Shown: positions 1-9,766 of the stretch, in pieces
Layout of the letters: the number at the start of each line of letters is the position of its first letter
Numbering within the stretch: position 1 is the first letter of the stretch
Assembly (NCBI GenBank): GCA_017647145.1
Contig: JAGCLD010000034.1
Coordinates: forward strand, 28,838-92,837
Length of the DNA: 64,000 nucleotides
Direction: 5' to 3'
Source: Paludibacteraceae bacterium
GTDB lineage: Bacteria > Bacteroidota > Bacteroidia > Bacteroidales > Paludibacteraceae
Program-made: the position numbers and the translations under genes
The notes under the pieces: generated by a model
Databases searched by the model: none
What the model was told of the DNA's origin: nothing
The model's input: only the letters and a program-made list of their open reading frames with translations

Positions 1-124
1 TTTTTATTCTTTGTGTGGATAAATTCAGTGATGATAGGGAAGAATGTAAATTTGCTATAAGAGAATTTGCAATAGATTAGGACCAGATGACCGATTAGTG
101 CTTAACAAATTGCTCAATAATAAT

Positions 125-160
125 AAAAACGACTGCATCAATCGGTGCAGTCGTTTTTTA
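125..160 (-). terminator. Bidirectional hairpin terminator downstream of the M49 peptidase gene
   Basis: Perfect 8-bp stem CGACTGCA (130-137) / TGCAGTCG (146-153), flanked by an A-run and a T6-run, 19 nt past the CDS end. Confidence 0.6.
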
Positions 161-178
161 TTTTGATTACTCTTTAGA

Positions 179-2221
179 TTAGTTGTAAGTAGGAAGTACT
201 GAATAGTCCTTGCTGTAGCGCAAGTGTTGTTCTGCATATCCTTCTGTGTAGTCCAGAGTTACATTTATAATGTTGCCTTCTGCGTCGTATTCCGGGATAT
301 ATACAGGGTTTACAAATCCTTTGTATGGTGCCAAGTTGAGTTTTGCATAACGTTCCAACACTTCTTTGTGGAGGTCTTGGTTCACTTGCACGGCATATTG
401 TTCCACGATTTGCTTGCCGGCTTCATAGTCTCCGGTTGATTTGATGCGTTGAATTTCGCGCAAGAGTTCGCCGAATAAGTCTCGAAGTTTTTCGTAGTCG
501 TTCACAACAACATAGGTCTTTCCATCTCTTTCTTTAAATTCCACTACCTTTTCTGCTGCGCCATGCTCCATCACCCAGTTGGCAATCAACTGACGGTTAC
601 GCATGTGGGCTTCTTCAATGGTTTTGCCTGGTTCTATTCGCATCAATTGGGTCATTGCTCCATTCATCATGAATTGATAGTATTCTGCTTTATAAGCATC
701 TGCATTAGGTAAAATACCCAATTCTACGATTTTTGGATCGGCAATGTAATACAAACCAAACAAGTCAGCACGTGTTTCTTCAATAGCTGAACCATATTCT
801 TTCATTGCATCAGGATCAACGCCCGGGAGCAACTTACCAGAGCCGTGTCCTAAACATTCGTGAAGGTCTGTGTGTAGGTTGTTGGTTAGCGAACCATATT
901 CTTTTGCACGGTTCATTTCTTCTTCGCTCCACATAAATTCTTGTGAGAATCCATTGCCCATAGCTGCTTTGTCATAGGCTTCGGTGAGGTTCTCGATGGT
1001 CACAGATTTTGAACCATGTTGTTGGCGAATCCAGTTGGAGTTAGGTAGGTTGATTCCAATCGGAGTAGTTGGATAGCAATCACCTCCGAGCATAGCGGCT
1101 GTAATCACTTTTGCGCTTACTCCTTTCACGGTTTCTTTCTTGAATTGATCATCCACTGGTGAGTTGTCTTCAAACCATTGTGCGTTTTGGCTAATTAATT
1201 CAGTGCGCTTAGTGGCTTCAAGGTCTTTGAAGTTGATGAGTGATTCCCAGCTTGCTTTCATTCCAAGTGGATCTCCATAGGTTTCAGTAAATCCGTTCAC
1301 AAAGTCGATTTGTGATTCCAAGTCATGCACCCACAAGATGCAGAACTCGTCAAATTCTTTCAAACAACCGGTTCTGTTGTATGAAATCAATTTCTCAATC
1401 ACTTCGCGTTGTTTGTCATTTTCTGCTACGGCAGCTGCTTTTTCAAGCCAACCTACTACGCGTTCTAATGCAGCTGAATACATACCTCCCACTTTGTAGG
1501 TCTTTTCCACTAACACTCCGTCTTCTTTCATCAACTTGGAGTTGAGACCATATGACACAGGAGTCAAGTCGTTGGTGTCTTTCATGGCAGCGTAGAATGC
1601 TTCAGCTTCAGCTTGTGTTACACCTTCATAGTAGTTTCCTGCTGATGTGGCCACCAAGTCTTCTCCGGCTGCTTGATTAACGCGTTTTGCCATAACGCTT
1701 GGATCAAAAATCACAGGAGTCAATTTTTCTACCAAGGCATCCACTGTTTCACCTTCGCTCAAGGGTAATAAAGTGGGGTCAATGGATTTCACGGCTTCGG
1801 CAAAGAATGTTTGTGAGAAAGCTGGGATAAATTTATCTCCGGAATAGTGGTGGTGAATACCGTTAGCTACCCACACTCTCTTTAGATAGAGTTCGAATGC
1901 TTGAAAATCTGCTGAAGTCTTGTCACCTGCATAATTCACATATACAGCTTCCATAGTACGGCGAATACACAAATTGTGTTTACCATTTTGGTCAAACAGA
2001 ATGTCACGTCCTTCCAATGCAGCTTGTGAAAGGTAGTAAAGCATTTCTTTTTGTTTAGGTTGCAATTGGTCAAATCCATGCACTTTGTAACGCAGAATTT
2101 CCATGTCGGCAAATTGCTCCACGGTGTAGCTGAAGTCTTCTGCTACTTGCTCTTTTTCTTGTTTCGGGCCACATGCAGTTAGTGTTGCGGCGGCCATGCA
2201 TACATACATTAGTTTTTTCAT
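179..2221 (-). CDS. Dipeptidyl-peptidase III family (M49) lipoprotein
   Basis: 680-aa ORF with signal/lipobox MAAATLTAC. Carries the M49 zinc motifs HECLGH and EETRAD. Confidence 0.85.
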   Translation of the reverse strand: MKKLMYVCMAAATLTACGPKQEKEQVAEDFSYTVEQFADMEILRYKVHGFDQLQPKQKEMLYYLSQAALEGRDILFDQNGKHNLCIRRTMEAVYVNYAGDKTSADFQAFELYLKRVWVANGIHHHYSGDKFIPAFSQTFFAEAVKSIDPTLLPLSEGETVDALVEKLTPVIFDPSVMAKRVNQAAGEDLVATSAGNYYEGVTQAEAEAFYAAMKDTNDLTPVSYGLNSKLMKEDGVLVEKTYKVGGMYSAALERVVGWLEKAAAVAENDKQREVIEKLISYNRTGCLKEFDEFCILWVHDLESQIDFVNGFTETYGDPLGMKASWESLINFKDLEATKRTELISQNAQWFEDNSPVDDQFKKETVKGVSAKVITAAMLGGDCYPTTPIGINLPNSNWIRQQHGSKSVTIENLTEAYDKAAMGNGFSQEFMWSEEEMNRAKEYGSLTNNLHTDLHECLGHGSGKLLPGVDPDAMKEYGSAIEETRADLFGLYYIADPKIVELGILPNADAYKAEYYQFMMNGAMTQLMRIEPGKTIEEAHMRNRQLIANWVMEHGAAEKVVEFKERDGKTYVVVNDYEKLRDLFGELLREIQRIKSTGDYEAGKQIVEQYAVQVNQDLHKEVLERYAKLNLAPYKGFVNPVYIPEYDAEGNIINVTLDYTEGYAEQHLRYSKDYSVLPTYN

Positions 2222-2269
2222 TTTTTTGTTAATTAGTCTTTTTGTGTTTTTCTTGATATGTGTTGTTGA

Positions 2270-3148
2270 TTATATGCGGTCTAAAACGGTTTCCACTAAT
2301 TTCTTTACAAAGGGTTTATAGTCGGTGTTGGCGGCTTCTATACGACGTTGTGCAATCACGCAACACACAGTCATGGCTTTGTGTCCCATTAGTAATGCTA
2401 ATCCGGCTATGGCTGACCCTTCCATCTCATAGTTGGTAATGCGCTGACCTTCATAGCGGAACGATTCTATCAAGTCGTTAATCTCCGGATTGTGTATGTC
2501 GCAACGCAACACCCTTCCTTGTGGCCCATAAAATCCATTGGCAGAGATGGTACATCCTCGGTACATATCATCTCGGGCAATGCGATCCACCAGTTCATTG
2601 TTTGCACTCACCACATAAGGTGATGCTGCCTTCGGATTCCAATTTAAGTGCTTCTTTAGCGCTTCTTCAAAGCCTAATTCGCTCACCTCATCTCGGCCGG
2701 CATAAAAGGCTAATAAGCCGTCAAAGCCAATCGACTTTTCTGATACTAAGAAACTGCCTAATGGAATGTCGGCCTGCATTCCGCCACATGTGCCAATGCG
2801 CACCAACTCCAGTGTGCGGTGTTCGGCTTTCTCCGTGCGAGTGGAAAAGTCAATGTTGGCCAACGCGTCCAACTCGTTCACCACAATGTCAATGTTGTCT
2901 GTCCCAATTCCGGTAGAAATGCAACTGATGCGTTTCCCTTTGTACATTCCGGTCACAGTTCTAAACTCACGACTTTCTATGCGACATTCAATAGAGCCCT
3001 CGTCAAAAAACGAAGCCACCATATCCACACGTCCGGGATCGCCCACCAAGATAACCTTGTCAGCCAATTGTTCCGGCTTTAAGTGTAAGTGAAAAATACT
3101 TCCGTCTTCATTAATAATGAGCTCGGAGGGAGCAAAGTGTTTACTCAT
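2270..3148 (-). CDS. Nucleoside phosphorylase (PNP/UDP phosphorylase family)
   Basis: 292 aa with family-like blocks GDPGRVD, RIGTCGG and YEMEGSAIAG. Confidence 0.75.
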   Translation of the reverse strand: MSKHFAPSELIINEDGSIFHLHLKPEQLADKVILVGDPGRVDMVASFFDEGSIECRIESREFRTVTGMYKGKRISCISTGIGTDNIDIVVNELDALANIDFSTRTEKAEHRTLELVRIGTCGGMQADIPLGSFLVSEKSIGFDGLLAFYAGRDEVSELGFEEALKKHLNWNPKAASPYVVSANNELVDRIARDDMYRGCTISANGFYGPQGRVLRCDIHNPEINDLIESFRYEGQRITNYEMEGSAIAGLALLMGHKAMTVCCVIAQRRIEAANTDYKPFVKKLVETVLDRI

Positions 3149-3181
3149 AGTTCTCCTAATTTCGTGTTGTTATTCTTTACC

Positions 3182-3652
3182 CTACTTGAAAGTATACGAT
3201 TGCAGAGCATACTTTATGGTGTAATGTTTCTTGTACTGTTTATCGTAACTATCGGTGGTTTTGTAATAGGCATAGTCTGAGGAACCGTACCCCGTATAGT
3301 CATTAGCACGTGACATTTGAGGATCAATTTCTTCTCTAAAGGTGAAATCTTCATAGTCTAACATGGTGCCTTTCATGTCATAATACATAATGCGATATGT
3401 GTACATGGAAATGACTTGGTCAGTGTTGTTTTTTACTGTTACATGGTCAAACATGTCAGCCGTATATGAGGTGAGGGTCAATGCTTGGGCATCAAACCCT
3501 TCATCGCCTTCGTTGAAGGTTTGGCTGGTGGATGTTGTGCCTCTTACTACTGTTTCAGTGTCAGTGGAATATACTTGTTCCATTCTGCACAATGCATAAC
3601 CTAACCACAAGCCGAATACGAAAGCTAATAAATAACTGAGAAATTTTATCAT
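3182..3652 (-). CDS. Membrane-anchored hypothetical protein whose C-terminal domain is paralogous to that of 31840..32718
   Basis: N-terminal TM helix. C-terminal block YYDMKGTMLDYEDFT...YGSSDYAYYK aligns with YYDMKGNMLDYQDFT...YGTKDWYAYYK in the other ORF. Confidence 0.6.
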   Translation of the reverse strand: MIKFLSYLLAFVFGLWLGYALCRMEQVYSTDTETVVRGTTSTSQTFNEGDEGFDAQALTLTSYTADMFDHVTVKNNTDQVISMYTYRIMYYDMKGTMLDYEDFTFREEIDPQMSRANDYTGYGSSDYAYYKTTDSYDKQYKKHYTIKYALQSYTFK

Positions 3653-3663
3653 GTGTTTTATTG

Positions 3664-3930
3664 TTATTGTTGTTGTCCAATCTCTTTTTCCTTTTGCATG
3701 TCGCGTAAGATTTTCTCAGTGCTATTACCCACAATCAGCAGAAGAATGCAGGCTAAAAATGGGGTGGTAATATATGATAATAACACCCATCCTAGCGCAC
3801 TTCGCCCGCGATTCTTGGCTAATTTAGCAGGAAGGTATATAAATAGGAGAATATGTAAAATCACACCAATAATAATGATTGCAATAAACCCGATTGTATA
3901 AGGTAAATTGGAATTGGAAAATAAATCCAT
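3664..3930 (-). CDS. Small two-TM membrane protein (hypothetical)
   Basis: 88-aa ORF with two hydrophobic helices, co-directional and tightly spaced with its neighbours. Confidence 0.45.
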   Translation of the reverse strand: MDLFSNSNLPYTIGFIAIIIIGVILHILLFIYLPAKLAKNRGRSALGWVLLSYITTPFLACILLLIVGNSTEKILRDMQKEKEIGQQQ

Positions 3931-3968
3931 AGTTTACAATATTATTATGATTATACCTTAATGCAAAA

Positions 3969-4397
3969 TTATTTCACTCTAAACCAGTCCATCGTACGTC
4001 CGAGTATGCCGCGTTTATCCAACGAACCTCTCACTTTCAGTGTATTACCTTCCACCTTCATGGAGCAATTATAAGTCTTTCCGTTACCCGGGTCATAAAT
4101 GCTTCCGTTGCCATACTCATTGCCTCCTTTGTGCTTCAATCCGCTCAACATGTTCAGGCCTATCAACTGACGTGTACGCAACTTCTCATCTGGATTATTG
4201 TTGTCTTTTGCAGGTGTACCATCTGGATCGTTCGGCTCTTCCAGCCAAACAATACGTCCGTTAAAATTATCTCCCTCTTGATACACTTCCACAATAGCTG
4301 TGCCATCATCCAACTTCCATTTTCCAATAACACTCTGAGCAAGTGATATACAAACTGATGTGATTGCCAAGGTAATAACTAAAAAATACTTTTTCAT
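3969..4397 (-). CDS. DUF2147-like secreted protein
   Basis: Signal peptide, then GKWK..DG...V.....G...GRIVWL and GSIYDPGNGKTY...LKVRG blocks, as remembered for DUF2147. Confidence 0.7.
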   Translation of the reverse strand: MKKYFLVITLAITSVCISLAQSVIGKWKLDDGTAIVEVYQEGDNFNGRIVWLEEPNDPDGTPAKDNNNPDEKLRTRQLIGLNMLSGLKHKGGNEYGNGSIYDPGNGKTYNCSMKVEGNTLKVRGSLDKRGILGRTMDWFRVK

Positions 4398-4639
4398 GTT
4401 TCTACAAATGTTAAGGGTTGTTTCTTATGTTTGTTTTATGTGTGAAAGGCATCTCATGCCTCACAAGTTACAAATATACAACATATTTGCCAATTATCCT
4501 CATTTCTGAGAAAAAAATGCCATTTATGCTCGATAAAAACATCCAAATACTCCTCTCTCTGCGGAGTAACCTACCGCAGGCACACGCCATTTGCGTCAGC
4601 AAATCACATCTATATATTATAAATCCAATAGGGCAACGA

Positions 4640-4743
4640 GTATCCTGTTATCCTCGGGACCACTCCGGGACCACTCCGGGACCACTCCGGGACCATTAGG
4701 TAGGAATTAGGTAGAATCAAGGTGGCTTTTAGGGCACTCTGTA
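4640..4743 (-). repeat. 11-bp-period modular tandem array, locus A (GGACCACTCCG x3 plus degenerate units)
   Basis: Read directly: GGGACCACTCC at 4656, 4667 and 4678, then GGGACCATTAG, GTAGGAATTAG, GTAGAATCAAG and GTGGCTTTTAG in register. The reverse complement gives TTCCTAC units followed by GTGGTCCCG units, as in locus B. Confidence 0.95.
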
Positions 4744-5093
4744 CATCTGCTACTTCACCTCCTTACGCATCCCATAATTGTTCTATGCTAGCAATAATGA
4801 GAATGTCAGTAAAATTGTCCAACTATATGCCAAATTTCTTAGAACGCAGTTGAATGTGTTAAAAAAAACATGTAAATTTGCCACATAATTCCCTAACCAT
4901 GAAGTGTGGAAAAATATAAAAAAATATATATACACGACGCTTGCCCTTTTGAAACAATCAGAGAGTCATTGCTTGTGCTTACATATGTATGAGTAAATAA
5001 TCTGATAATCAGAAAAAATGAACTTGAATTTTGATTTCTTGATATTGGCTGTGATTTCACACTTATTGCTTAATGTGTAATAAGTAAAACACT

Positions 5094-5486
5094 ATGAGAA
5101 AGAAAATAGATTGTCATACTGAAACAATAGAGAGTGTCGAACTGATACGAACAAGCACTAGTTGGAATGGAACTTCTCTGCCTGACTACCCACAGGGAAA
5201 GCCGGAATTGGTGGCTGTGAAGTATATAATTCCACCGGGGCAAAAACTCGGATGGCATCACCATATAGCAATGAACCACGGAGTTCTCATCCAAGGCGAA
5301 CTCACTGTCGTAGGATTAGACGGACAGACCAAAGTGTTTCGTGAAGGTGATGTGATAGTAGAAATGGTGGAAGATATCCATCATGGGGAAAATCAAGGAG
5401 CTACTACGGTTATTCTCTATATGTTCTACTTGGCTCAAGAGAATATGCCTCTATCGGTACAACATCCTGAAATACCCATAAAGTAA
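5094..5486 (+). CDS. Cupin domain protein
   Basis: 130 aa with two cupin motifs, GQKLGWHHH....G and GDVIVEMVEDIHHGEN. Confidence 0.7.
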   Translation: MRKKIDCHTETIESVELIRTSTSWNGTSLPDYPQGKPELVAVKYIIPPGQKLGWHHHIAMNHGVLIQGELTVVGLDGQTKVFREGDVIVEMVEDIHHGENQGATTVILYMFYLAQENMPLSVQHPEIPIK

Positions 5487-5519
5487 TGAATGCCTTAGGA
5501 GATTTCAGAAAATAAAGAA

Positions 5520-5638
5520 ATAGTATCACGGATACTATAATGATAGTATCTAAAAACGATTGTTCTGATGGAAGAAATAGAGCAAAATATATCGAACTAG
5601 CGTTATGGTAATTTTATAATAGCATGTTTAATAGTATC
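5520..5638. promoter_or_regulatory. Candidate operator cluster: four ATAGTATC half-sites
   Basis: ATAGTATC at 5520, 5543 and 5631, with an inverted copy GATACTAT at 5531. The first pair forms an 8+3+8 palindrome. The cluster lies between the cupin gene and the DUF4252-like gene. Confidence 0.35.
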
Positions 5639-5661
5639 TAATATATATTGTAACACTTGAT

Positions 5662-6135
5662 ATGAAAAGAAAATTATTTATTCTCTCGCTCTGTATCTTG
5701 GCGGCGCTAACGGGTTATGCGCAAAACTCTTCTGATGTGGAAACAAAAGTTAAGGAGATTGTAAGCAAATATGAGAATGTAAAAGGGGTAAATTGCATGA
5801 CTGTTGCCAAGGGAAGTGGATTGGGGTTGGTCAAGGCAATGTTCAAGGATGAGTTCGGTAAGGACTTTATGAAGGGGGTGACATCAATCACAATCATTGA
5901 ATATACCAATGCTTCACATGATGTCTGCCTGCAATTACGCAAAGAACTTGATGGGTTAGCTCAAATCCTGGAAGAAATTGATGTTAATAGGGAAGATGGG
6001 GCTGATGATTCTATCTATGCGAGAAGTTTTGCCCTTACACTTGAAGATAATGCTATGTCTGACTTTGTGATTGCTATGGAAAACAAAGAGTCGAAGATGA
6101 TTATGTACATGGCTGGTAAAATAAAAGTGGAATAA
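5662..6135 (+). CDS. Secreted DUF4252-like protein
   Basis: Signal peptide ending AQ. Size and overall pattern resemble DUF4252. This assignment is from memory only. Confidence 0.5.
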   Translation: MKRKLFILSLCILAALTGYAQNSSDVETKVKEIVSKYENVKGVNCMTVAKGSGLGLVKAMFKDEFGKDFMKGVTSITIIEYTNASHDVCLQLRKELDGLAQILEEIDVNREDGADDSIYARSFALTLEDNAMSDFVIAMENKESKMIMYMAGKIKVE

Positions 6136-6188
6136 AGGGTGAAAACATCATAACAACAGTAAAGGCTATAATGATAAGTGACATTACA

Positions 6189-7427
6189 ATGAAAAAACTA
6201 TTATGCATAATTCTCTTAGTGTGTGGACTACTCAGCACGCATGCACAAGAGAAAACTGGCTACCCATACTCTGAATGGGATTATGCAAAAGAGATATTGA
6301 TGCACACACCGGGCGAAGAACTGTTTGATGGAGTAATTCATCCATATGCGGGTCTTTTTGAGTATTATTTTGATGTAGATGCTGCGGCTGAAGAACATAG
6401 AGGGTATATCAGAGCCCTCGAAAATAATGGAATCAAAGTGCACACGGTAAAGGAATTGCTCAATCAAGTTCCTATCAAAAAATTGCGTCAATGTGCAATG
6501 AAAGCCTTAAAATATGACGCAAAAAATATGACTGACATAAGCAGTGAGAAATCGGAAAAATATCGACAATTTGTCATTGCTCAAATGTCACGTGCTGACC
6601 TTATTAGATGCATATTGCTGCGCCCTACTGTAAGTTTATACAAATCGGACTTGAACACTGGTTTTGAAGCGGTATATACGCATTCGCCACTCATGAATCT
6701 ATATTTCACACGCGACCAAAGTATCACTACGCCACGTGGACATATAATCAGCTTCATGAATTCTACACAGCGTGCATGCGAAACAGAAATAATATCACTC
6801 TGCTATGAACAACTTGGCGTAAAACCCATCCTCTCTATTACAGGTGACGGAAGATTGGAAGGTGGAGACTATTTGAGAGGAGGTACTATATCTTACATTG
6901 GTTGCGGTATGCGCACCAATATGGAGGCTATTAAGCAAATAATGGAGGCGGATGCGTTTGGCCATGATACCATTGCGGTGGTAAATGACCATAAATGGTG
7001 GCAGATGCAGATGCACCTAGACACTTATTTTAACATAATAGATAAGGATTTGTGTACATTGGTAGAGAGTCGATACTATGCCAAACAGGGAGATCCTGAA
7101 TGGGTCACTGTAGATATTTATACGCGAAAAAAGGGTGAAAAAGAATACCACCTCACAAGGAAAGGGCTGTCTTTCTTGGACTTCTTGAAAGAAAGGGGAT
7201 TTAAGATTATACCTATATCACAAAAGGATGAGTTGCATTATGCGAATAATTTCTTGACAATTGCTCCTCGTCATATTCTGGCTGTGGGTAATCAGTCTAA
7301 ACAACTGCAACAACTGTTTGATAAGCATGGAGTTAAAGTGGAATGGATACCACTTGAAACACTGATTAAAGGCTATGGAGCAGCACACTGCATGACTCAA
7401 GTGATGAAGGTGAAATTGACAAAATAA
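6189..7427 (+). CDS. Arginine deiminase / amidinotransferase-superfamily protein with a signal peptide
   Basis: Start refined to MKKLLCIILLVCGLLSTHAQ. ADI-like blocks FTRDQ, LEGGD, MHLDTYFN and a C-terminal GAAHCMTQ carrying the catalytic Cys. Confidence 0.7.
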   Translation: MKKLLCIILLVCGLLSTHAQEKTGYPYSEWDYAKEILMHTPGEELFDGVIHPYAGLFEYYFDVDAAAEEHRGYIRALENNGIKVHTVKELLNQVPIKKLRQCAMKALKYDAKNMTDISSEKSEKYRQFVIAQMSRADLIRCILLRPTVSLYKSDLNTGFEAVYTHSPLMNLYFTRDQSITTPRGHIISFMNSTQRACETEIISLCYEQLGVKPILSITGDGRLEGGDYLRGGTISYIGCGMRTNMEAIKQIMEADAFGHDTIAVVNDHKWWQMQMHLDTYFNIIDKDLCTLVESRYYAKQGDPEWVTVDIYTRKKGEKEYHLTRKGLSFLDFLKERGFKIIPISQKDELHYANNFLTIAPRHILAVGNQSKQLQQLFDKHGVKVEWIPLETLIKGYGAAHCMTQVMKVKLTK

Positions 7428-7609
7428 ATAATTGGGGATTTTAGAAAATAATAACCATAAGAAAAGTAGGAATGATTGCTCGTTGAGCGATGTCAGCGCA
7501 CGAATCTACTAATATTAACAATAAACAAAAACTTCTGATGGTGAGTCTTATTTGCGCTGGTTGGACTTATCTGAGGAAAAATCAATAAATCTTTATAAAA
7601 ATAAAAGGT

Positions 7610-8017
7610 ATGAAACGTGTTTTATTGTTAGCATTCTGTTGTTTATCTCTCTTGGGATGTGAGCCTAAGCCAGAACAACAGTACAATGAATTATTAGGTG
7701 ATTGGTATCTATATGCAGCTTATAAAGAGGGTAGTGATACGGATTTACTACCTATGGCTGAGTTTGTTGGATTTGGATGTATGAAAACATCGGTGCTGCA
7801 TGTCACTGAAGGCGAATTTATACTTGATAGTGATTGTGATTGGTTGGCATGCACGGGTACATATGTGCAAGAAGACTCAGTCATTAATGGAGTTAAAGAG
7901 GATGGAGAAAAACTGGTGTTTTATTTCAAACAAGGTGTACTTTCTACGATAAAAAACATTCCGACAATCGGAAATGTGGAAATGCGCTTCCAAAAGTTAG
8001 AGGAAAATATACAATAA
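7610..8017 (+). CDS. Small lipoprotein (hypothetical)
   Basis: Lipobox LLGC. 135 aa. Confidence 0.5.
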   Translation: MKRVLLLAFCCLSLLGCEPKPEQQYNELLGDWYLYAAYKEGSDTDLLPMAEFVGFGCMKTSVLHVTEGEFILDSDCDWLACTGTYVQEDSVINGVKEDGEKLVFYFKQGVLSTIKNIPTIGNVEMRFQKLEENIQ

Positions 8018-8030
8018 ACATAGAAGAAAA

Positions 8031-9686
8031 ATGAAACAAATATTTTTAACTTTAGCTTTATGTCTATGTGCAGGCATACAAGCTCAAGTCTCAAAGGCTT
8101 GGGTGGCTGACCAAGGTGATGGTACATATAAAAACCCCATACTCTATGCTGATTATTCAGACCCTGATGTCTGTAGAGTGGGAGATGACTACTATATGAC
8201 ATCATCTAGTTTTGGTTGTGTGCCGGCTTTACAAATCCTACACTCTAAAGACCTCGTTAATTGGACTATCATAGGTGCTGCTATTCCTCATGCCTTGCCA
8301 CCTGTCTCTGATACTAAACCCATGCATGGAATGCGTGTTTGGGCTCCTTGTATTCGTCATCACAACGGAATTTTTTATATATTCTGGGGAGACCCGGATC
8401 AAGGTATCTTTATGGTCAAGACCGAAGATGTAAAAGGTACTTGGTCTGAACCTGTATTAGTGAAACAGGGTAAAGGACTGATTGATTCATCACCGCTATG
8501 GGATGATGATGGAAGGGTTTACTTGGTGCATGCCTATGCAGGAAGCAGAGCAGGCCTGAAGAGTGTAATCGCTATTTGTGAACTAAATGCTGAGGCTACC
8601 AAAGCAATCACTCCTTCGCGTATCATATTTGACGGACACGAAGCACACGAAACTTGTGAAGGACCGAAGTTCTACAAAAGAAATGGTTATTACTACATCT
8701 TCCATCCGGCAGGGGGTGTGCCCACAGGATGGCAGGTTGTACAACGTTCCAAGAATATCTATGGACCTTATGAGTGGAGAAAAGTCTTGGAGCAAGGCAC
8801 AACATCCGTCAATGGACCCCATCAAGGAGCATGGGTAGATACACCCGAAGGAGAAGACTGGTTCTTCCATTTCCAAGACGTGGGAGCTATGGGTCGCTTG
8901 GTTCATCTACAACCTATGCATTGGCACAACGACTGGCCTGTAATGGGACTGGATAAAGATGGTGACGGATGTGGCGAACCAGTGTTGCAATATCGCAAAC
9001 CCAAAGTGACAGCAAAAACCACTCTGCTCACTCCGCAAGATAGCGATGAATTTGATGAAGGTGTATTGGGATGGCAATGGCAGTGGCATGCAAATGTAGA
9101 TGAACGTTGGTATTTTGCAGATACAGCAAACAGCAAACTACGTCTATATTCATTCCCAGTAGTGAGCGGATACAAGAGTTTGTGGGATGTGCCTAATCTC
9201 TTGTTACAAAAACTGAATGCGCCAAGTCTCACGGCAACAGCTAAAATAAACTTCTCTCCGATACATAAATATAAAGGTGAACGTGCAGGTATGGTCTTGA
9301 TGGGAATGGACTATTCGGCTCTTGTCTTAGTTAATACGGCAGATGGACTGCAGTTGCAACAGGTAGAATGTATGAAAGCGGACAAAGGCACTACTGAAAC
9401 TGTTGTAGCATCAATACCTGCCGAATCTTCTACAATATACCTGAGATTAAAAGTGCAGACAACTCCATACAAAATCAAACAAAGTGAAGGGGGACACGAT
9501 CATCTGGTTAAAGCTCACTGGAACTATAGTTATGATGGTAAAAAATTCCATAAGATAGGCAACGAATTTACAGTGAAAGAAGGTAAATGGATAGGTGCTA
9601 AAATGGGACTGTTCTGTACAAGACCTGCCATCGTAACAAATGATGGAGGATGGATGGATGTTGATTGGTTTAGAGTGGATAAATAA
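8031..9686 (+). CDS. Glycoside hydrolase family 43 (beta-xylosidase / arabinofuranosidase type) with a C-terminal beta-sandwich
   Basis: Signal peptide. GH43 N-terminal signature NPILYADYSDPDVCRVGDDYYMTSSSF, then WAPCIRH and EGPKFYKRNGYYY. Confidence 0.85.
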   Translation: MKQIFLTLALCLCAGIQAQVSKAWVADQGDGTYKNPILYADYSDPDVCRVGDDYYMTSSSFGCVPALQILHSKDLVNWTIIGAAIPHALPPVSDTKPMHGMRVWAPCIRHHNGIFYIFWGDPDQGIFMVKTEDVKGTWSEPVLVKQGKGLIDSSPLWDDDGRVYLVHAYAGSRAGLKSVIAICELNAEATKAITPSRIIFDGHEAHETCEGPKFYKRNGYYYIFHPAGGVPTGWQVVQRSKNIYGPYEWRKVLEQGTTSVNGPHQGAWVDTPEGEDWFFHFQDVGAMGRLVHLQPMHWHNDWPVMGLDKDGDGCGEPVLQYRKPKVTAKTTLLTPQDSDEFDEGVLGWQWQWHANVDERWYFADTANSKLRLYSFPVVSGYKSLWDVPNLLLQKLNAPSLTATAKINFSPIHKYKGERAGMVLMGMDYSALVLVNTADGLQLQQVECMKADKGTTETVVASIPAESSTIYLRLKVQTTPYKIKQSEGGHDHLVKAHWNYSYDGKKFHKIGNEFTVKEGKWIGAKMGLFCTRPAIVTNDGGWMDVDWFRVDK

Positions 9687-9738
9687 ATATATCACTACAC
9701 ACAAAAGCGTTTGACTTGGTAAACTTACTAAAAAGTAC

Positions 9739-9746
9739 TACCTTTG
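9739..9746 (+). promoter_or_regulatory. Bacteroidetes -7 promoter box TAccTTTG for pheS
   Basis: Exact TAnnTTTG match 21 nt upstream of the refined pheS ATG. Confidence 0.55.
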
Positions 9747-9766
9747 CAGGAAGATATAAGAAAGAT

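Noticed and set aside
4418-4699. 93-aa ORF ending in SGTTPGPLRDH, and the similar ORF at 13472..13726
   Set aside because: Their C- or N-terminal parts are translations of arrays A and B. They have no family resemblance, and the second overlaps the real TonB receptor gene end.
5001-5013. Palindrome TCTGATAATCAGA upstream of the cupin gene
   Set aside because: A 6+1+6 palindrome is expected many times by chance in 64 kb, and there is no second copy nearby.
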